In this document: positions 10,084 through 22,168 of the stretch, piece after piece | Position numbering within the stretch: the stretch's first letter is position 1 | How the letters are laid out: every line of letters starts with the position of its first letter | NCBI GenBank assembly: GCA_963707505.1 | Contig: CAVPQB010000003.1 | Location: forward strand, 576,001 to 640,000 | Origin: an uncultured Gemmatimonadales bacterium | GTDB lineage: Bacteria > Gemmatimonadota > Gemmatimonadetes > Gemmatimonadales > Gemmatimonadaceae | Reading direction: 5' to 3' | DNA: 64,000 bases | Notes under the pieces: model-generated | What the model was told of the DNA's origin: nothing | The model's input: the letters and a program-made list of their open reading frames with translations, nothing else | Database searches by the model: none | Position numbers and translations under genes: made by a program

Positions 10084-13048
10084 TGATACGTGCGGTCCAG
10101 GTGCGCGACGGCGGAATCGTCAGAAAGTCCGATGTCCCGAAATTCGCGTTGGCTGTCGAATTGACTTCCGGATCGAAGCCCTTGTAGTTCGTCCACGTGT
10201 GCAGATTCCGTCCGGCGATCGTGAGATCCAGGCCGCGTGTATGGAATGCGTTGGCCAGCCGTGGCGATGCGATGAACGTCACCGACAGTTCACGAAGCTT
10301 TGTGAAGCTTGCGTCTTCCACGTAACCAGCATCCGTCCCCAACGAAGTAGCAGCGATCGATGCTGCCTGGTCGGCGAGTGAAGCCGACTTGTCATATGCT
10401 GCCTGACAGTTGCCAAACGCGCAGCGGAAGCGCGCCGTGTTGTCGAACAGCTTGAAACCACCCTTATGATCGATGAGCGCCGAAAACCTGACCCAGCTGA
10501 ACAACGTAAGGTTCGGCGTGATGGAATAATTCTTCGTCGGGAAGATGTTGCCGAGATAGACTGCAGTGTCGCCGACGGTGATTTCGGAACGCGCGATTAT
10601 CCCGTCGCCGTTCGCGTCCTTGAATGACATGGGCTTGAGCCAGTAGGAGCCCAGAGCATACCCAACGCGATGCTGCTGATCGCTGTTGACGACGATCGGC
10701 GGTACTGGATCGCCGGTCGGAAGCAGGCCAAGCGTGAGCAGCTTGTTGGAATTCGTCGACGCGTTCACGGAGAAGTCGAACTGCACCTGCCGTGCATCGA
10801 GTACCTTCACGTTCGCCACGTATTCCCAGCCGGTGTTGAGCACCGCACCGAGGTTCTGGAACTGTGTAGCCGTAAGGCCGAGTGACGGAGCGAGTGGAAC
10901 GGCAACCAGCAAGTCGTCGGTTCGCTTGTGATAGTGCGTCACCTCGAGACCGATGTGCTGGCCGAGGAATCCGGCATCAAAACCGAGCTCAGTCTCGGAC
11001 GAGCGCTCTGGACGCAGATTGGGATTGCCAGTGCCCCCGACTACAATACCCGGAACGTCCGCTCCGCTGACCGTGACCGTTTGCTCGTTGAAGAACGTGA
11101 TAGCGTCGCGGAAATTTGGACGCTGGCCTGACCGTCCGTTCGCGGCGCGCAAGCGCAGCGAGTTGAAAAGGTTGGTCTTCGGGAACCATGACTGCTCGTC
11201 GACGACCCAGGACCCGCTTATCGATGGGTAGGTGATGTGGCCGAAATTCTGACCGAACGCACTGTTCTGGTCAGTTCTCACCGATCCCGTGATGAACAGC
11301 CGGTCGGCGTACGCGACCTCCTCACTCACGAGCCCGCCGATGGTCTTGTTATCGGTGTTCGTCGAGCTTACTGCAAAGCGGGCGCTCGTGCCGCTGAGCG
11401 AACCCGTTCCCCCAAGCAGGCCTGCACCAAATGCCTGGGTCCCCTGAATCAACTCCTTCGTGAACGCAAATCCAGCACTCGTCGTCGTCTTGACCTGGCC
11501 GAACGGATTCCAGTGTGCCGACAGTGTTCCATTTGCGGTGTAATCGTAGACGGAAGTGGGATTCGACGTCACCTGTCCCTGTGGCAGTGAGCCGAACGTG
11601 ACCACATTCGGTGGAACGACCTCATGGTCCCAACGATTGGTGTAATCAAGACCGAACACACCGGTCGCTGTCAGCCACGACAGAGGTGTGTATGTCGAAT
11701 TGACCGTGCTGCCATATCGCTGCACGTCCTGCCGCGTGTTGATCGCGTACAACACCTGCGGCAGCTGGCCGTTGAGATAGCCGTCCGCGGCATTTGGAAA
11801 TGCACCGCCCAACAATGCGGCGCTGACGATGCCGAGCGTGTTGTTGTCGTTCTGCGGCAGCCGCAGATGGTCGGTCAGATAGCTCGATCCGATCTGCACG
11901 TTGACCTGCGGGCTCAACACGGCATTTACGTTCGCTCTACCGCTAGCTTTCTGATCCTGATCGACTGCGAATATCCCCTGCTGTTTGTCGAAGCTGCCGG
12001 ATACGTAGTAGTTGACCGCATCCGTGCCACCGTTCACGCTCAGGCCGTATGCTCCATGGTGGCCATGAATGAGCGCGCCGGACGCCCCGAGTGGATTGTA
12101 GAAGACGAGTGAATCCGGGTTTGCGGTGCAATTACCCAGAGTCTGGCTGTCCAGTGTGCAGGTCGTGGTGCGTTTGCCGGCTGTGGTCAGTCCTACCTGG
12201 TGGTAGTTCGACGGATACGTCGTAACATCCTGAATCGTCCCGCCCTCCGCATAAGCGTTCCAGCGGGCCTTGGTATTGGATCCGTGTTTTGTCGTGATCT
12301 GGATGACCCCGTTGGCAGCAGCCGTGCCGTACTGCGCGGCAGCCGCCGGGCCTTTCAGGATCTGAATGTCAGCGATGTCTTCGGGATTGATGTTGTTGAA
12401 TGACGACGGCACCTGACCACCAACTCCGATGCCGGCGAACTGATCGTTGTATCGAATCCCGTCCACGATCAGGAGAGGCTCGTTATTGAGCGACAGCGAG
12501 TTGGAGCCGCGAATGCGAATGCGCGAGCCTGAACCCACCGTGCCACCCGTCGTCGCGACATCGACCCCGGCAACCTTACCCGTCAGGAGCTGGCTCGCAC
12601 TCTGCGCGGTCGCCAGTTCCACAGGTTTCGGTTGAATTATGGCGACAGCGGTACCCTGCTCCTTCTTCCGCTGTGTTTCGCCAGTCGCCGTAGTCACGAC
12701 TTCTTCGAGACTGATCGCGACAGGTGACAGAGAGAACACGACATTCGCCAGATTGCCATCGGCGACTGTTACGGTCTGCGTCGACGCCGCGAATCCGATT
12801 CGCATCGCGCGCACCTGATACTGGCCCGGCTTGAGAACGGTGATTCTGAAGTTGCCTTCGGCGTCGCCGAGCGTCGCGCGTTGCGAACCTACGATCTGGA
12901 TCCGCACCGACGGGATCGGTGTGTGCGACGATGCGTCCACCACACTCCCGGTGATCGTACCGCCAGTCTGTTGGGCTACAAGTATTGCGGGCGCGACGAG
13001 CGTCCCGACAATAATGAGTAGCACTCGGTTGAGATAACGAATCGTCAT
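10070..13048 (-). CDS. SusC/RagA-family TonB-dependent transporter
   Basis: Carboxypeptidase-regulatory-like N-terminus, IRIRGSNS...EPLLIVDG, NINPEDIADIQILKGPAAAAQYGTAAANGVIQITTK plug signature, G.DPE and terminal F. Confidence 0.95.
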   Translation of the reverse strand: MTIRYLNRVLLIIVGTLVAPAILVAQQTGGTITGSVVDASSHTPIPSVRIQIVGSQRATLGDAEGNFRITVLKPGQYQVRAMRIGFAASTQTVTVADGNLANVVFSLSPVAISLEEVVTTATGETQRKKEQGTAVAIIQPKPVELATAQSASQLLTGKVAGVDVATTGGTVGSGSRIRIRGSNSLSLNNEPLLIVDGIRYNDQFAGIGVGGQVPSSFNNINPEDIADIQILKGPAAAAQYGTAAANGVIQITTKHGSNTKARWNAYAEGGTIQDVTTYPSNYHQVGLTTAGKRTTTCTLDSQTLGNCTANPDSLVFYNPLGASGALIHGHHGAYGLSVNGGTDAVNYYVSGSFDKQQGIFAVDQDQKASGRANVNAVLSPQVNVQIGSSYLTDHLRLPQNDNNTLGIVSAALLGGAFPNAADGYLNGQLPQVLYAINTRQDVQRYGSTVNSTYTPLSWLTATGVFGLDYTNRWDHEVVPPNVVTFGSLPQGQVTSNPTSVYDYTANGTLSAHWNPFGQVKTTTSAGFAFTKELIQGTQAFGAGLLGGTGSLSGTSARFAVSSTNTDNKTIGGLVSEEVAYADRLFITGSVRTDQNSAFGQNFGHITYPSISGSWVVDEQSWFPKTNLFNSLRLRAANGRSGQRPNFRDAITFFNEQTVTVSGADVPGIVVGGTGNPNLRPERSSETELGFDAGFLGQHIGLEVTHYHKRTDDLLVAVPLAPSLGLTATQFQNLGAVLNTGWEYVANVKVLDARQVQFDFSVNASTNSNKLLTLGLLPTGDPVPPIVVNSDQQHRVGYALGSYWLKPMSFKDANGDGIIARSEITVGDTAVYLGNIFPTKNYSITPNLTLFSWVRFSALIDHKGGFKLFDNTARFRCAFGNCQAAYDKSASLADQAASIAATSLGTDAGYVEDASFTKLRELSVTFIASPRLANAFHTRGLDLTIAGRNLHTWTNYKGFDPEVNSTANANFGTSDFLTIPPSRTWTARINVNF

Positions 13049-13389
13049 AACGTGGTGCGAGCTCCTAGCTGAGGTGATTTGCTAGGCGGGCTCCGGCCTG
13101 TTATAAACGCCGGGCGCGTCCGGGTGAGCAGACGAAGCGCTCACCCGGCGATGCGGCTGGTCCCATCGCAGTGTCGCGCCTGCGCGCAACGTGCGTCGGT
13201 AGCAGACCCGCTCAAGGGTGAGGCTAACCTATGCCTCCGAGTTCAGAGCGAACCCCCGCTTTCGGCGAACGGTGGATTGGATAGGGTGAACTGCGTCCGG
13301 GCACCGATAAACATCGCGGCGAACGAACATACCGAAAAGAGCGTATGTTTTCGAGCGTTTCCTGCAACCAACATCTCACACCAACTGGA

Positions 13390-15939
13390 ATGACCAACAG
13401 GCTTATCATCACTCTAGGCACTGCAGTGCTCGTCGTTGGATGCGCGCACAACGCGACGCCGCCAGCTCCGGCGCCATCACCGGTGAGAGCTGGCGCAGGT
13501 GCCACCACGAACGCGGACGTTGCGGCCGCCCCGCGCGATTCGACACCACGAATCACACCGGGCGTCAGTCCGAGGCCACGCCCCTACAATCGCGTCATAA
13601 CATCGGAAGCGAAAACACGACGCGGCCTTTTCATCGTGCATCGTGTCGGTGACAAGCTCTATTTCGAGATACCACGCAACGAGCTCGGTCGCGACATGCT
13701 GCTCGTCGGCCGTTATGCACGCGCCGCGGCCGAGAACCCGAATTCACCGGATGGCGGTTTTGGTGAGTATGGTGGTGATGAGTTCGGCGAGCGCACACTT
13801 CGCTGGGACCGGGATGGCGACCGCATAATCCTGCGCTCGCCGTCGTTTGCGATAACCGCCGACACATCGCTGGCGGTCTATCGAGCAGTACAGAACTCCA
13901 ACTACTCACCGATCGTCGCGATCTTCAATGTCGAAGCATATGGCCGCGACAGCGCGGCAGTGATCGATGTAACTCGTCTCTACACAACGGCTGTACCCGA
14001 GTTCGCCGCGATACGCGGAACTGTCGACGAGCGCCGCTCTTTTGTCGAGAGCGCGATTGCGTTCCCCGACAACGTCGAGGTAGAAGCGACCCAGACGGGC
14101 GTGCGCGCACCAGCGCCAGCGCGTCCGGGAACGCCCGCGGCGCCAGCGGCGCCCCGGGAATTGCAGACCGCCCAGAGCGTCCTCGCGCACTGGAGCCTGG
14201 TTCGACTCCCGGATATCCCAATGATGCCGCGACGCTTCGACGAGCGCGTCGGTTTCTTCTCGGTAAGGAACGTGAATTTCGGGGTCGAGCAGCGCGCGGC
14301 AGAGCGTCAGTTCATAACGCGCTATCGCCTCGTCAAGAAAGATCCGAGCGCCGCACTGTCGGAGCCTGTCAAGCCGATCATCTATTATGTCGATCCGGCG
14401 ACGCCGGATCAGTGGAAGCCGTGGATTCGCAAGGCGATCACCGATTGGCAGCCTGCATTTGAAGCCGCGGGTTTCAAGAACGCAATCATCGCCATGGACC
14501 CGCCGGCCAATGATCCCGACTGGTCACCCGACGACATACGTCACACGATGATCCGCTGGCTGCCGTCCACGGTCGAGAATGCCGTTGGCCCACACGTCAG
14601 CGATCCGCGCACGGGCGAGATATTGAACGGGTCCGTGCGCATCTTCCAGAATGTGCTCAACCTTCAGCGCGACTGGTACTTCACGCAGGCGGCACAGGTC
14701 GATCCACGCGCGCGCAGCTTCCCGATGCCTGATTCGCTGATGGGCAGATTGCTGGAGTTCGTCGTTGCGCACGAGATCGGTCACACGATCGGCTTGCGAC
14801 ACGACCAGCTCGGAAGCTCGACGTATCCGGCGGACAGCGTCCGGAGCGCCACATGGGTCCACACGATGGGACACTCGCCGTCGATCATGGATTACTCGCG
14901 CTTCAACTACGTAGCACAGCCGGAAGACCACATTCCGTTGGACGACATCATCCCACGCATCGGCCCTTACGACAAGTACGCGATCATGTGGGGTTACAAG
15001 CCGATTCCGTCCGCGATGACCACCGACGCGGAGCGCCCCACGCTCGATCAGTGGGCACGCATGCAGGATACCATCCCGTGGTATCGCTTCTCCGAGAACA
15101 ACGAAGCAGGCGGATTCGGCACGCTTACAGAAGCCGTCGGCGATGCAGATCCGGTCAAGTCCACAGGTTACGGTTTCAGGAACCTGCAACGCGTCGCAGG
15201 TTACATAAATGGCGCAGCGACCGAGCCAGGCGAGGACAACAGCGATCTGCGCGAGATATACGATCGCACGGTGAGCCAGTGGGCAACGGAAGCCAATCAC
15301 GTAACGACCGTCGTGGGCGGCGCCGAGGTGCAGTACAAGTCCGGGAGCCAGCCGGGTGCCGTCTACACTCCCTTGTCACGCGCTCGGCAGGCCGACGCGA
15401 TTCGCTTCCTCAACGACAACGTGTTCAAAACGCCGACCTTCCTGATTCGGCCCGACATCGCGCGCAGGATCGAGGCGGATGGCATGATCAGACGCATCGA
15501 CAACGCGCAGGCTCGCGTTCTCAACAGCCTCCTCGACGATCAGCGAATGAACCGACTGATTGGCGACGAAGCACTCGCCACGAACAAGCGCGATACGTAC
15601 ACACTCGCGAACATGCTGGACGATATGCGGCATGGAATCTGGAGCGAGCTGTCGTCGTCGCACGTTACGATCGATCCGTACCGGCGTGCGCTGCAGGATA
15701 CCTATCTCACACAGATCGATCGCAAGTTGAATGCGCCCGCTACGACCGCGGTTCGCGCAGGCTTCGGCCCACCACAGCCACCACTATCGGAAGATGCGAA
15801 GTCAGCACTTCGTGGTGAGCTGGTCTCGCTTACCGCCGACATAAAGCGTGCAAGTGGGAATGCCGCAGACAGGGAAACGCAGCTTCACCTCGCCGGCGCG
15901 GAGCATCGCATCGGGGAGATACTGAATCCGAAGAAGTAG
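13390..15939 (+). CDS. zinc-dependent metalloprotease lipoprotein (DUF5117/DUF5118/DUF4953 Met-zincin type)
   Basis: Lipobox [24 protein letters not shown] (HEXXHXXGXXH), SIMDY Met-turn, [13 protein letters not shown]. Confidence 0.9.
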   Translation: MTNRLIITLGTAVLVVGCAHNATPPAPAPSPVRAGAGATTNADVAAAPRDSTPRITPGVSPRPRPYNRVITSEAKTRRGLFIVHRVGDKLYFEIPRNELGRDMLLVGRYARAAAENPNSPDGGFGEYGGDEFGERTLRWDRDGDRIILRSPSFAITADTSLAVYRAVQNSNYSPIVAIFNVEAYGRDSAAVIDVTRLYTTAVPEFAAIRGTVDERRSFVESAIAFPDNVEVEATQTGVRAPAPARPGTPAAPAAPRELQTAQSVLAHWSLVRLPDIPMMPRRFDERVGFFSVRNVNFGVEQRAAERQFITRYRLVKKDPSAALSEPVKPIIYYVDPATPDQWKPWIRKAITDWQPAFEAAGFKNAIIAMDPPANDPDWSPDDIRHTMIRWLPSTVENAVGPHVSDPRTGEILNGSVRIFQNVLNLQRDWYFTQAAQVDPRARSFPMPDSLMGRLLEFVVAHEIGHTIGLRHDQLGSSTYPADSVRSATWVHTMGHSPSIMDYSRFNYVAQPEDHIPLDDIIPRIGPYDKYAIMWGYKPIPSAMTTDAERPTLDQWARMQDTIPWYRFSENNEAGGFGTLTEAVGDADPVKSTGYGFRNLQRVAGYINGAATEPGEDNSDLREIYDRTVSQWATEANHVTTVVGGAEVQYKSGSQPGAVYTPLSRARQADAIRFLNDNVFKTPTFLIRPDIARRIEADGMIRRIDNAQARVLNSLLDDQRMNRLIGDEALATNKRDTYTLANMLDDMRHGIWSELSSSHVTIDPYRRALQDTYLTQIDRKLNAPATTAVRAGFGPPQPPLSEDAKSALRGELVSLTADIKRASGNAADRETQLHLAGAEHRIGEILNPKK

Positions 15940-15958
15940 AGATGTAATCAACGTATCG

Positions 15959-16025
15959 GTCATTCTCGCGGTGAGGCGCGGATGCGTCCGCGCCTCTCCG
16001 TCATTCCCGCGACGCGGGAATGACG
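15959..16025. repeat. CGTC-type REP palindrome cluster
   Basis: CGTCATTCCCGC-gac-GCGGGAATGACG at 15999-16025, a partial copy at 15959 and a 10-bp hairpin at 15973-15996, between convergent genes. Confidence 0.8.
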
Positions 16026-16026
16026 A

Positions 16027-16635
16027 CTATGCCAGCACCCGCTTCCGCGCGGGACGCCGTTGCTTCGGCCTGTGAACGCGCGGTGCCGGTTGCCGCAATG
16101 CGAAGCGCGCACGCAAAGCCGTAGCGACCACGACCACGAGAACGCACAGCTCAACGTACACCTTTTCCGCATCCAGCGGATCGAGCGGCGCATCCTTCAA
16201 CGTGGGATCGGTCAGGATTGCGTGGAACGCATACAGTACAAACAGCGCGTACGTCACGTAATGCATCCGCTTCCACCATAACCGGCCAATGTCGAACCGG
16301 AAGTACGACGTGATCACAACGAAGGCCAGCAGGTAAAGCGCCCCCGCGCCAAGCGTGTTGACCCACGGCTGCTTCGGCGCGTTTATCGGATAGACGATGT
16401 CGATCAGATGAAACTTCGCCGTCGACGACAGCAGGATTATCAATGGATGAATTGCACTCGCCGCCAGCGCGAGATAACCGGTCCAGTTGTGCAGCTTGAG
16501 TGTGTTGACACGGCGGTGCGGCCAACTGCGCGCCGGATTGTACTTGATCGACATCAACATCCCGAGCAGGATATTGAGCGTCAGAAGCGTTATCGCTACA
16601 ATGGCGACGTCGCCCGAAATGTCTATCGCATCCAC
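16027..16635 (-). CDS. ferric-reductase-like transmembrane (heme b) protein
   Basis: Multiple TM helices with His residues in LHNWTG, AIHP, WKRMHY and FHA. Confidence 0.75.
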   Translation of the reverse strand: MDAIDISGDVAIVAITLLTLNILLGMLMSIKYNPARSWPHRRVNTLKLHNWTGYLALAASAIHPLIILLSSTAKFHLIDIVYPINAPKQPWVNTLGAGALYLLAFVVITSYFRFDIGRLWWKRMHYVTYALFVLYAFHAILTDPTLKDAPLDPLDAEKVYVELCVLVVVVATALRARFALRQPAPRVHRPKQRRPARKRVLA

Positions 16636-16674
16636 CGACTAGTCTCCGTCTTGATTCAATGGTCTGTGGCGCCA

Positions 16675-16701
16675 GATCACGCCGATCACGCCGATCACGC
16701 C
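16675..16701. repeat. 9-bp tandem repeat GATCACGCC x3
   Basis: Repeats the hutI TGA stop three times in frame on the minus strand. Confidence 0.9.
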
Positions 16702-17990
16702 GTGTGCACCGGTTCGCCGCGACACCACGTCGCGACGCAGCGAGCGTCGCCGTACCAGTACGGAATCTCCCGAGCGTCCTCACAATCCCAGAGCGCCACG
16801 TCTGCGCTGAAACCCGATGAGATCTGCCCTGTCGAACCCGCGAGCGCGAGCGCTGCCGCGCCGTTCACCGTTGTCGCGAGCAATACCTCCGCAACGCTCA
16901 TGTGAAGCTGACTCACGCCCATAGTCGTTATAAGTGGCAGATTCGGAGTCGGTGACGTGCCGGGGTTGAAGTCAGTCGCGAGCGCCACGACGGCTCCGGC
17001 TTCGATCAGAGCGCGCGCGGGCGCCTGCCTGGTACGCCCGAGGAAGAACATGGTTCCCGGAAGAAGCGTCGCGACGGTGTTGGAATTTGCCAGCGCCGCG
17101 ATCCCCGCCGCGGATATCGCAGCGAGATGATCCGCAGACGTTGCCCCAAGGTCCGCTGCGAGCTCGGCTCCGCCGCACGGCTCTAGCTCATCGGCGTGCA
17201 GCTTCAATTTCAATCCGCGAGCGCGCGCTGCTTCCAGAATGGTGCGCGTCTCGTCAAGGGTGAACACTCCGGGCTCGCAGAATACGTCCGCGAATTCCGC
17301 AAGCTTCTCCCGCACGACGGTCGGCAGTTGTTCCGACACCAATTGGTCGATGTATTGACGCCGGCCATCCTGACTGTCGCGATACTCCCGCGGGATTTCA
17401 TGCGCGCCAAGCCACGTCGGCACCAGCCGAAGAGTCGTCTCTCTCTGCAGTCTCGCAATGACGCGCAGCGACTTGACCTCGTCCTCGATTGATAGCCCGT
17501 AACCCGACTTGATCTCGATGGTCGTTGCGCCGTAGCGCGCGAGACGCTGCAGCCTCACCCTGGTCAGCGCGAGAAGCTCGTCTTCGCCCCGCGTACGCAG
17601 ATCACGTACGGACGAGTGAATCCCGCCTCCCTTCTGCGCGATCTCCATGTAACCAGCTCCCGCGGCGCGCAGTTCCTGTTCGTCGTACCTCGGCCGCCCG
17701 AACACGGCGTGCGTGTGCGAATCCACCAGGCCAGGCGTCACGACGCGGCCCGCACAATCTATGTACTCACGCTTCCCGCGATACTCGGCGTCTCCAGAGC
17801 GCTCGAGCTCGTTGAGCTCGCGCTCGACGTCGGCCATCGTTCCAACGGCGATTATTCGGCCGTCATCGATCCCGACGGCGACGTTCGTTCGTATTGCCGC
17901 GTCAGCCATTTCAGCACCGCGCCTGCCGCGCGCGGGTCCGGCGCACGTGACTACCTGCGACGCGTTATGAAAGATGATTCGCCGCGTCAC
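16695..17990 (-). CDS. hutI: imidazolonepropionase
   Basis: PGLVDSHTH, GGGIHSSV, EIKSGYGL, DVFCE, KLHADEL and ALATDFNPGTSP; in the hut cluster. Confidence 0.95.
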   Translation of the reverse strand: MTRRIIFHNASQVVTCAGPARGRRGAEMADAAIRTNVAVGIDDGRIIAVGTMADVERELNELERSGDAEYRGKREYIDCAGRVVTPGLVDSHTHAVFGRPRYDEQELRAAGAGYMEIAQKGGGIHSSVRDLRTRGEDELLALTRVRLQRLARYGATTIEIKSGYGLSIEDEVKSLRVIARLQRETTLRLVPTWLGAHEIPREYRDSQDGRRQYIDQLVSEQLPTVVREKLAEFADVFCEPGVFTLDETRTILEAARARGLKLKLHADELEPCGGAELAADLGATSADHLAAISAAGIAALANSNTVATLLPGTMFFLGRTRQAPARALIEAGAVVALATDFNPGTSPTPNLPLITTMGVSQLHMSVAEVLLATTVNGAAALALAGSTGQISSGFSADVALWDCEDAREIPYWYGDARCVATWCRGEPVHTA

Positions 17991-17994
17991 AGTA

Positions 17995-19653
17995 TCAACG
18001 AGGAACGGGGATCGTCAGCCCGTGACGCGCGGCCGCATCGCGAGCAATGTCGTAGCCTGCATCGGTGTGACGCAGAATTCCCGTGGCGGGATCGTTCGTC
18101 AACACACGCTCGATGCGCTCGCGCATCTCGGGCGTTCCGTCAGCGACAACCACCTGGCCCGCATGCAGCGAGTTACCGATCCCAACTCCGCCGCCGTGGT
18201 GGAACGACACCCAGCTCGCACCGCTCGCCGTGTTCACGAGCGCGTTCAATATCGGCCAGTCCGCTATCGCGTCACTGCCATCCAGCATCGCTTCTGTTTC
18301 CCGGAAGGGAGATGCAACGCTCCCGGTATCGAGATGATCACGCCCGATCGCGATCGGCGCGCTGATCTCACCCGAGGCAACCAGATCGTTCAGCGCAACG
18401 CCGAAGCGCGCTCGATCGCCCTGACCCAGCCAACATATCCGCGCCGGCAGTCCCTGGAAGTGAATCCGCTCGCTCGCGAGCTTGATCCAGCGGGCGAGAT
18501 GCTCATCGTGCGGAAATAGATCGAGCACCAGCCGGTCTGTCCGCGCGATGTCCGCGGGATCGCCCGACAGGGCTGCCCACCGGAAGGGTCCCTTTCCCTC
18601 GCAGAACAGTGGCCGGATGTATGCAGGCACGAATCCAGGAAAATCGAACGCTCGTTCGAGCCCCGCGTCGAAGGCTACGGTACGGATGTTATTGCCGTAA
18701 TCGAACGTCACCGCGCCCATCTTCTGCAGCGCAAGCATCGCTTCGACGTGCCGCACTGCGCTCGTCGTCGAACGACGCACGTATTCATCCGGATCGTTGC
18801 GCCGAAGCTCATCCGCCTCCGCTATCGACATCCCCGCTGGCACGTAGCCGTTCAACATGTCGTGCGCGCTCGTCTGATCCGTCAGCACGTCAGGCACCAC
18901 GCCGCGCCGCGCAAGCTCAGGAATCACGTCTGCCGCATTTCCAACGAGCCCAACAGACAGCGGCGTCTTGTTTCTCTGCGCTTCACCGAGCCACGCCAAC
19001 GCTTCGTCGAGACTGCTCGTCTTGCGATCGCAATACCCGGTCTCGATCCGCTTGTCGATGCGCGACTCCGCGACTTCGACTCCGAGGAAGGCAGCGCCGA
19101 GCATCGTTGCAGCGAGTGGTTGCGCACCGCCCATTCCGCCAAGGCCGGCGGTGACGACGAGTCGCCCCGCGAGCGAGCCGTCGAAATCCTTGCGCGCCAC
19201 CGCGCCGAGCGTTTCATACGTCCCCTGCACGATGCCCTGCGAGCCGATGTATATCCACGAACCGGCGGTCATCTGCCCGTACATGATCAGACCGGCGCGC
19301 TCGAGCTCGCGAAACTTGTCCCACGTCGCCCAGCGCCCCACCAGATTGCTGTTCGCGATGAGCACCCTTGGTGCACTGCGATGAGTCCGCAGCACACCCA
19401 CTGGCTTGCCGCTCTGCACCAGCAGCGTTTCGTCATCGGCGAGGTCGCGGAGCTCGCGCACTATCGCGTCGAATGCTTCCCAGTTGCGCGCCGCCTTCCC
19501 TGTTCCGCCATAAACTACGAGATCATCCGGTCGCTCGGCGACGTCCGGATCGAGGTTGTTCATCAGCATTCGCATCGCTGCTTCCTGCTGCCACCCCTTG
19601 CACGTGATCTCGGTTCCATGCGGTGCGCGCACTACTCTGGCACCATGCGTCAT
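17995..19653 (-). CDS. hutU: urocanate hydratase
   Basis: [52 protein letters not shown] overlaps the hutH stop (ATGA). Confidence 0.97.
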   Translation of the reverse strand: MTHGARVVRAPHGTEITCKGWQQEAAMRMLMNNLDPDVAERPDDLVVYGGTGKAARNWEAFDAIVRELRDLADDETLLVQSGKPVGVLRTHRSAPRVLIANSNLVGRWATWDKFRELERAGLIMYGQMTAGSWIYIGSQGIVQGTYETLGAVARKDFDGSLAGRLVVTAGLGGMGGAQPLAATMLGAAFLGVEVAESRIDKRIETGYCDRKTSSLDEALAWLGEAQRNKTPLSVGLVGNAADVIPELARRGVVPDVLTDQTSAHDMLNGYVPAGMSIAEADELRRNDPDEYVRRSTTSAVRHVEAMLALQKMGAVTFDYGNNIRTVAFDAGLERAFDFPGFVPAYIRPLFCEGKGPFRWAALSGDPADIARTDRLVLDLFPHDEHLARWIKLASERIHFQGLPARICWLGQGDRARFGVALNDLVASGEISAPIAIGRDHLDTGSVASPFRETEAMLDGSDAIADWPILNALVNTASGASWVSFHHGGGVGIGNSLHAGQVVVADGTPEMRERIERVLTNDPATGILRHTDAGYDIARDAAARHGLTIPVPR

Positions 19654-21194
19654 TGCACTTTCTCCTCTACTTCCCACTCTATGCACTCATCGAAGCGTCC
19701 GTCGGATATCTCGGTCGCGATCAATCCGATGTCCCCGCTCATCACTCTGTCGCGATCGAGGCGTGGAACCACCTTGCGGACGATGTCATGCGCACGGCCT
19801 ACGGGACCGGACGGCTTGAGAGGCGCGCGGAAATCGATCCCCTGCGCGCCGCACATCATCTCGATCGCAAGCACGTTTCGCACGTTCGCGATGATGCGGC
19901 GCGCCTTCCACGCTGCGCCCATCGCCATCGGTACCACGTCTTCCTTGCTTCCGTCGGTCGGGATCGAATCCACGCTGGACGGATGCGCCAGTACCTTGCA
20001 CTCGCTCGTGATCGATGCCGCCGTGACCTGCGCCATCATGAATCCGGAATTCGTACCGGCATCCGGCGACAGAAATGCAGGCAGGCCTTCGTTGAGATCG
20101 GGGTGCACCAGCCGATCGGTGCGACGCTCGCTGATCACTGCGAGATTCGTCGCCGCGATCGCGAGGAAATCGAGCGCCATTGCCACGGCCTGTCCATGAA
20201 AATTCCCGCCGCTCAACATCTCACCGTTCTCGAACACCAGCGGATTGTCGGTCGCGGCATTAAGCTCGCGCGACACCATACCTTCGATCCAGCGAAGCGC
20301 ATCCAGCACGGGCCCATGAACCTGCGGAACGCATCGCAATCCATACGCGTCCTGCACTCGGCGATCATTGGACCTGTGCGACTCCCGAATCTCGCTGTTG
20401 TCGAGGAGCAGTCGCATCACTCGCGCAGATTCCACCTGTCCGATCTGGCCGCGCGCATCCTGAATCCGCGCGTCGAACGCAACCGGCGTACCCTTGAGCG
20501 CTTCGAGCGACATCGCCGCGGCGACGTGTGCAGCGCGCCAGAGTCGCTCTGCGTCGTGCACGAGCAACGCCGCGATCGCCGTATGTGCCTGCGTTCCATT
20601 GATGAGCGTGATTCCTTCTTTTGGACCCAGTGCGATCGGCTCCAGTCCACTCGCGCGTAACATTTCCGCGGCCGGACCGGACTTATCCCCCTTGAACAAC
20701 AATCCTTCACCGATCATCGACAGCGCGAGATGCGCCAGCGGCGCCAGGTCGCCGCTCGCGCCGACGCTTCCCTGCTCCGGTACAGGCGGATACAAACCCG
20801 CATTCAGCATGCCGGCTAGCAGATCTACCAACGCAGCGCGCGCTCCCGAATATCCTTTCGATATCACATTCGCACGCAACAGCATCATCGCCCGCACCTC
20901 GGCTTCGCTCAACAGCGGCCCGACGCCCACAGCGTGAGATCTGATGAGATTCACCTGCAGCTCCGCGAGCCTGTTCGGTGGTATCGCGATATCCGACAAC
21001 TTTCCGAATCCGGTCGTGACACCGTACACGACGTCATTCCGCTCGACGATGCGACTCACTATCGCATTCGACGCCGCCATCCGCGTGCGCGCTGCATCGG
21101 TCATCTCGACACGCGCCCGTCCGCGCGCGACGGCGATCACATCTGCAATCGTCAGCGACCGCCCATCGATCCGTACAGTATCCGTGGCGCTCAT
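19650..21194 (-). CDS. hutH: histidine ammonia-lyase
   Basis: [12 protein letters not shown]-forming [19 protein letters not shown] and GGNFHG. Confidence 0.97.
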   Translation of the reverse strand: MSATDTVRIDGRSLTIADVIAVARGRARVEMTDAARTRMAASNAIVSRIVERNDVVYGVTTGFGKLSDIAIPPNRLAELQVNLIRSHAVGVGPLLSEAEVRAMMLLRANVISKGYSGARAALVDLLAGMLNAGLYPPVPEQGSVGASGDLAPLAHLALSMIGEGLLFKGDKSGPAAEMLRASGLEPIALGPKEGITLINGTQAHTAIAALLVHDAERLWRAAHVAAAMSLEALKGTPVAFDARIQDARGQIGQVESARVMRLLLDNSEIRESHRSNDRRVQDAYGLRCVPQVHGPVLDALRWIEGMVSRELNAATDNPLVFENGEMLSGGNFHGQAVAMALDFLAIAATNLAVISERRTDRLVHPDLNEGLPAFLSPDAGTNSGFMMAQVTAASITSECKVLAHPSSVDSIPTDGSKEDVVPMAMGAAWKARRIIANVRNVLAIEMMCGAQGIDFRAPLKPSGPVGRAHDIVRKVVPRLDRDRVMSGDIGLIATEISDGRFDECIEWEVEEKVQ

Positions 21195-22165
21195 GCCTTG
21201 CCCCGGCGCAGCGCCATACCCGTGAGAAACGTCAACATCGCGTGCACGGCAACACGCACCGTCGCCCGCCGCGGATCCTGCGACGGATCGATCTCGACGA
21301 TGTCGATCGCGCGCACTTTCGGATGACCGCCGAGCACGAGCAACATCTCGAACAGCTGCCAGGACGTCATGCCACCCGGCACGAGCGCTGGGACGCCAGG
21401 CGCGAAGGCCTGATCCAGCACGTCCATGTCGAGCGTTACGTACAGCGTATCCGCTCGCTCGTCCAGCACTGACAGTGCCTGCCGCGCAATATCCGCTGGA
21501 GGTGTATGTGCCACTTCGCGCGCCGAGATCTGCGTGATGCCGGCTTCGCGTGCGACGTCACGGTATGCGCGCGCATTCGCGAATGCGTGAAGGCCAACCT
21601 GCACTATGTTGCGGCCTTCCAGCGTTCCCGACTCGAGCAGTTGTCTGATCGGAGTTCCGTTACTCGGTCCACCGTCATCGAGATTGCGGAGATCCATGTG
21701 CGCGTCCAGTTGCACCAGCCCTACGGTGCCTCCGACGTGAGCGCGGAACGCTTCGATTGACGGCGCCGAGATCGAGTGGTCACCACCCATGACGACCGTG
21801 AGTGCACCTGAAGATTGCGCGAGCACCGCGGCGACGGCTTCACGGATCCCCGCGCGCGATCGCGCAAGATCGGTGACGTGAACCCTTGCGTCGCCCGCGT
21901 CGCGGATGGTGAGCGCGGATGCCAGATCGATGTCGTGATCGAAGTTGTACGTCGATACCGCGCCGAACATCTCGCGCATCGCCTGCGGCGTTCCGGAGGC
22001 GCCGGAATGCGAGATGGAAGTCTTCGATAGCGGCGCGCCGAGCAGGACGACGTCGACGGATTCCGTTCCATCCCACGGGCGGATCCACGAGGCAACCTTC
22101 GTTTCCAGATGGTCCCGAAAGAGCGGTGAGCCCGGCGGATTCAGAGGCATGTTTGATTGGGTCAC
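21191..22165 (-). CDS. hutG: formimidoylglutamase (arginase family)
   Basis: GGDHS, DAHMD and DMDVLD...APG ureohydrolase motifs, plus hut context. Confidence 0.8.
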   Translation of the reverse strand: MTQSNMPLNPPGSPLFRDHLETKVASWIRPWDGTESVDVVLLGAPLSKTSISHSGASGTPQAMREMFGAVSTYNFDHDIDLASALTIRDAGDARVHVTDLARSRAGIREAVAAVLAQSSGALTVVMGGDHSISAPSIEAFRAHVGGTVGLVQLDAHMDLRNLDDGGPSNGTPIRQLLESGTLEGRNIVQVGLHAFANARAYRDVAREAGITQISAREVAHTPPADIARQALSVLDERADTLYVTLDMDVLDQAFAPGVPALVPGGMTSWQLFEMLLVLGGHPKVRAIDIVEIDPSQDPRRATVRVAVHAMLTFLTGMALRRGKA

Positions 22166-22168
22166 GCC

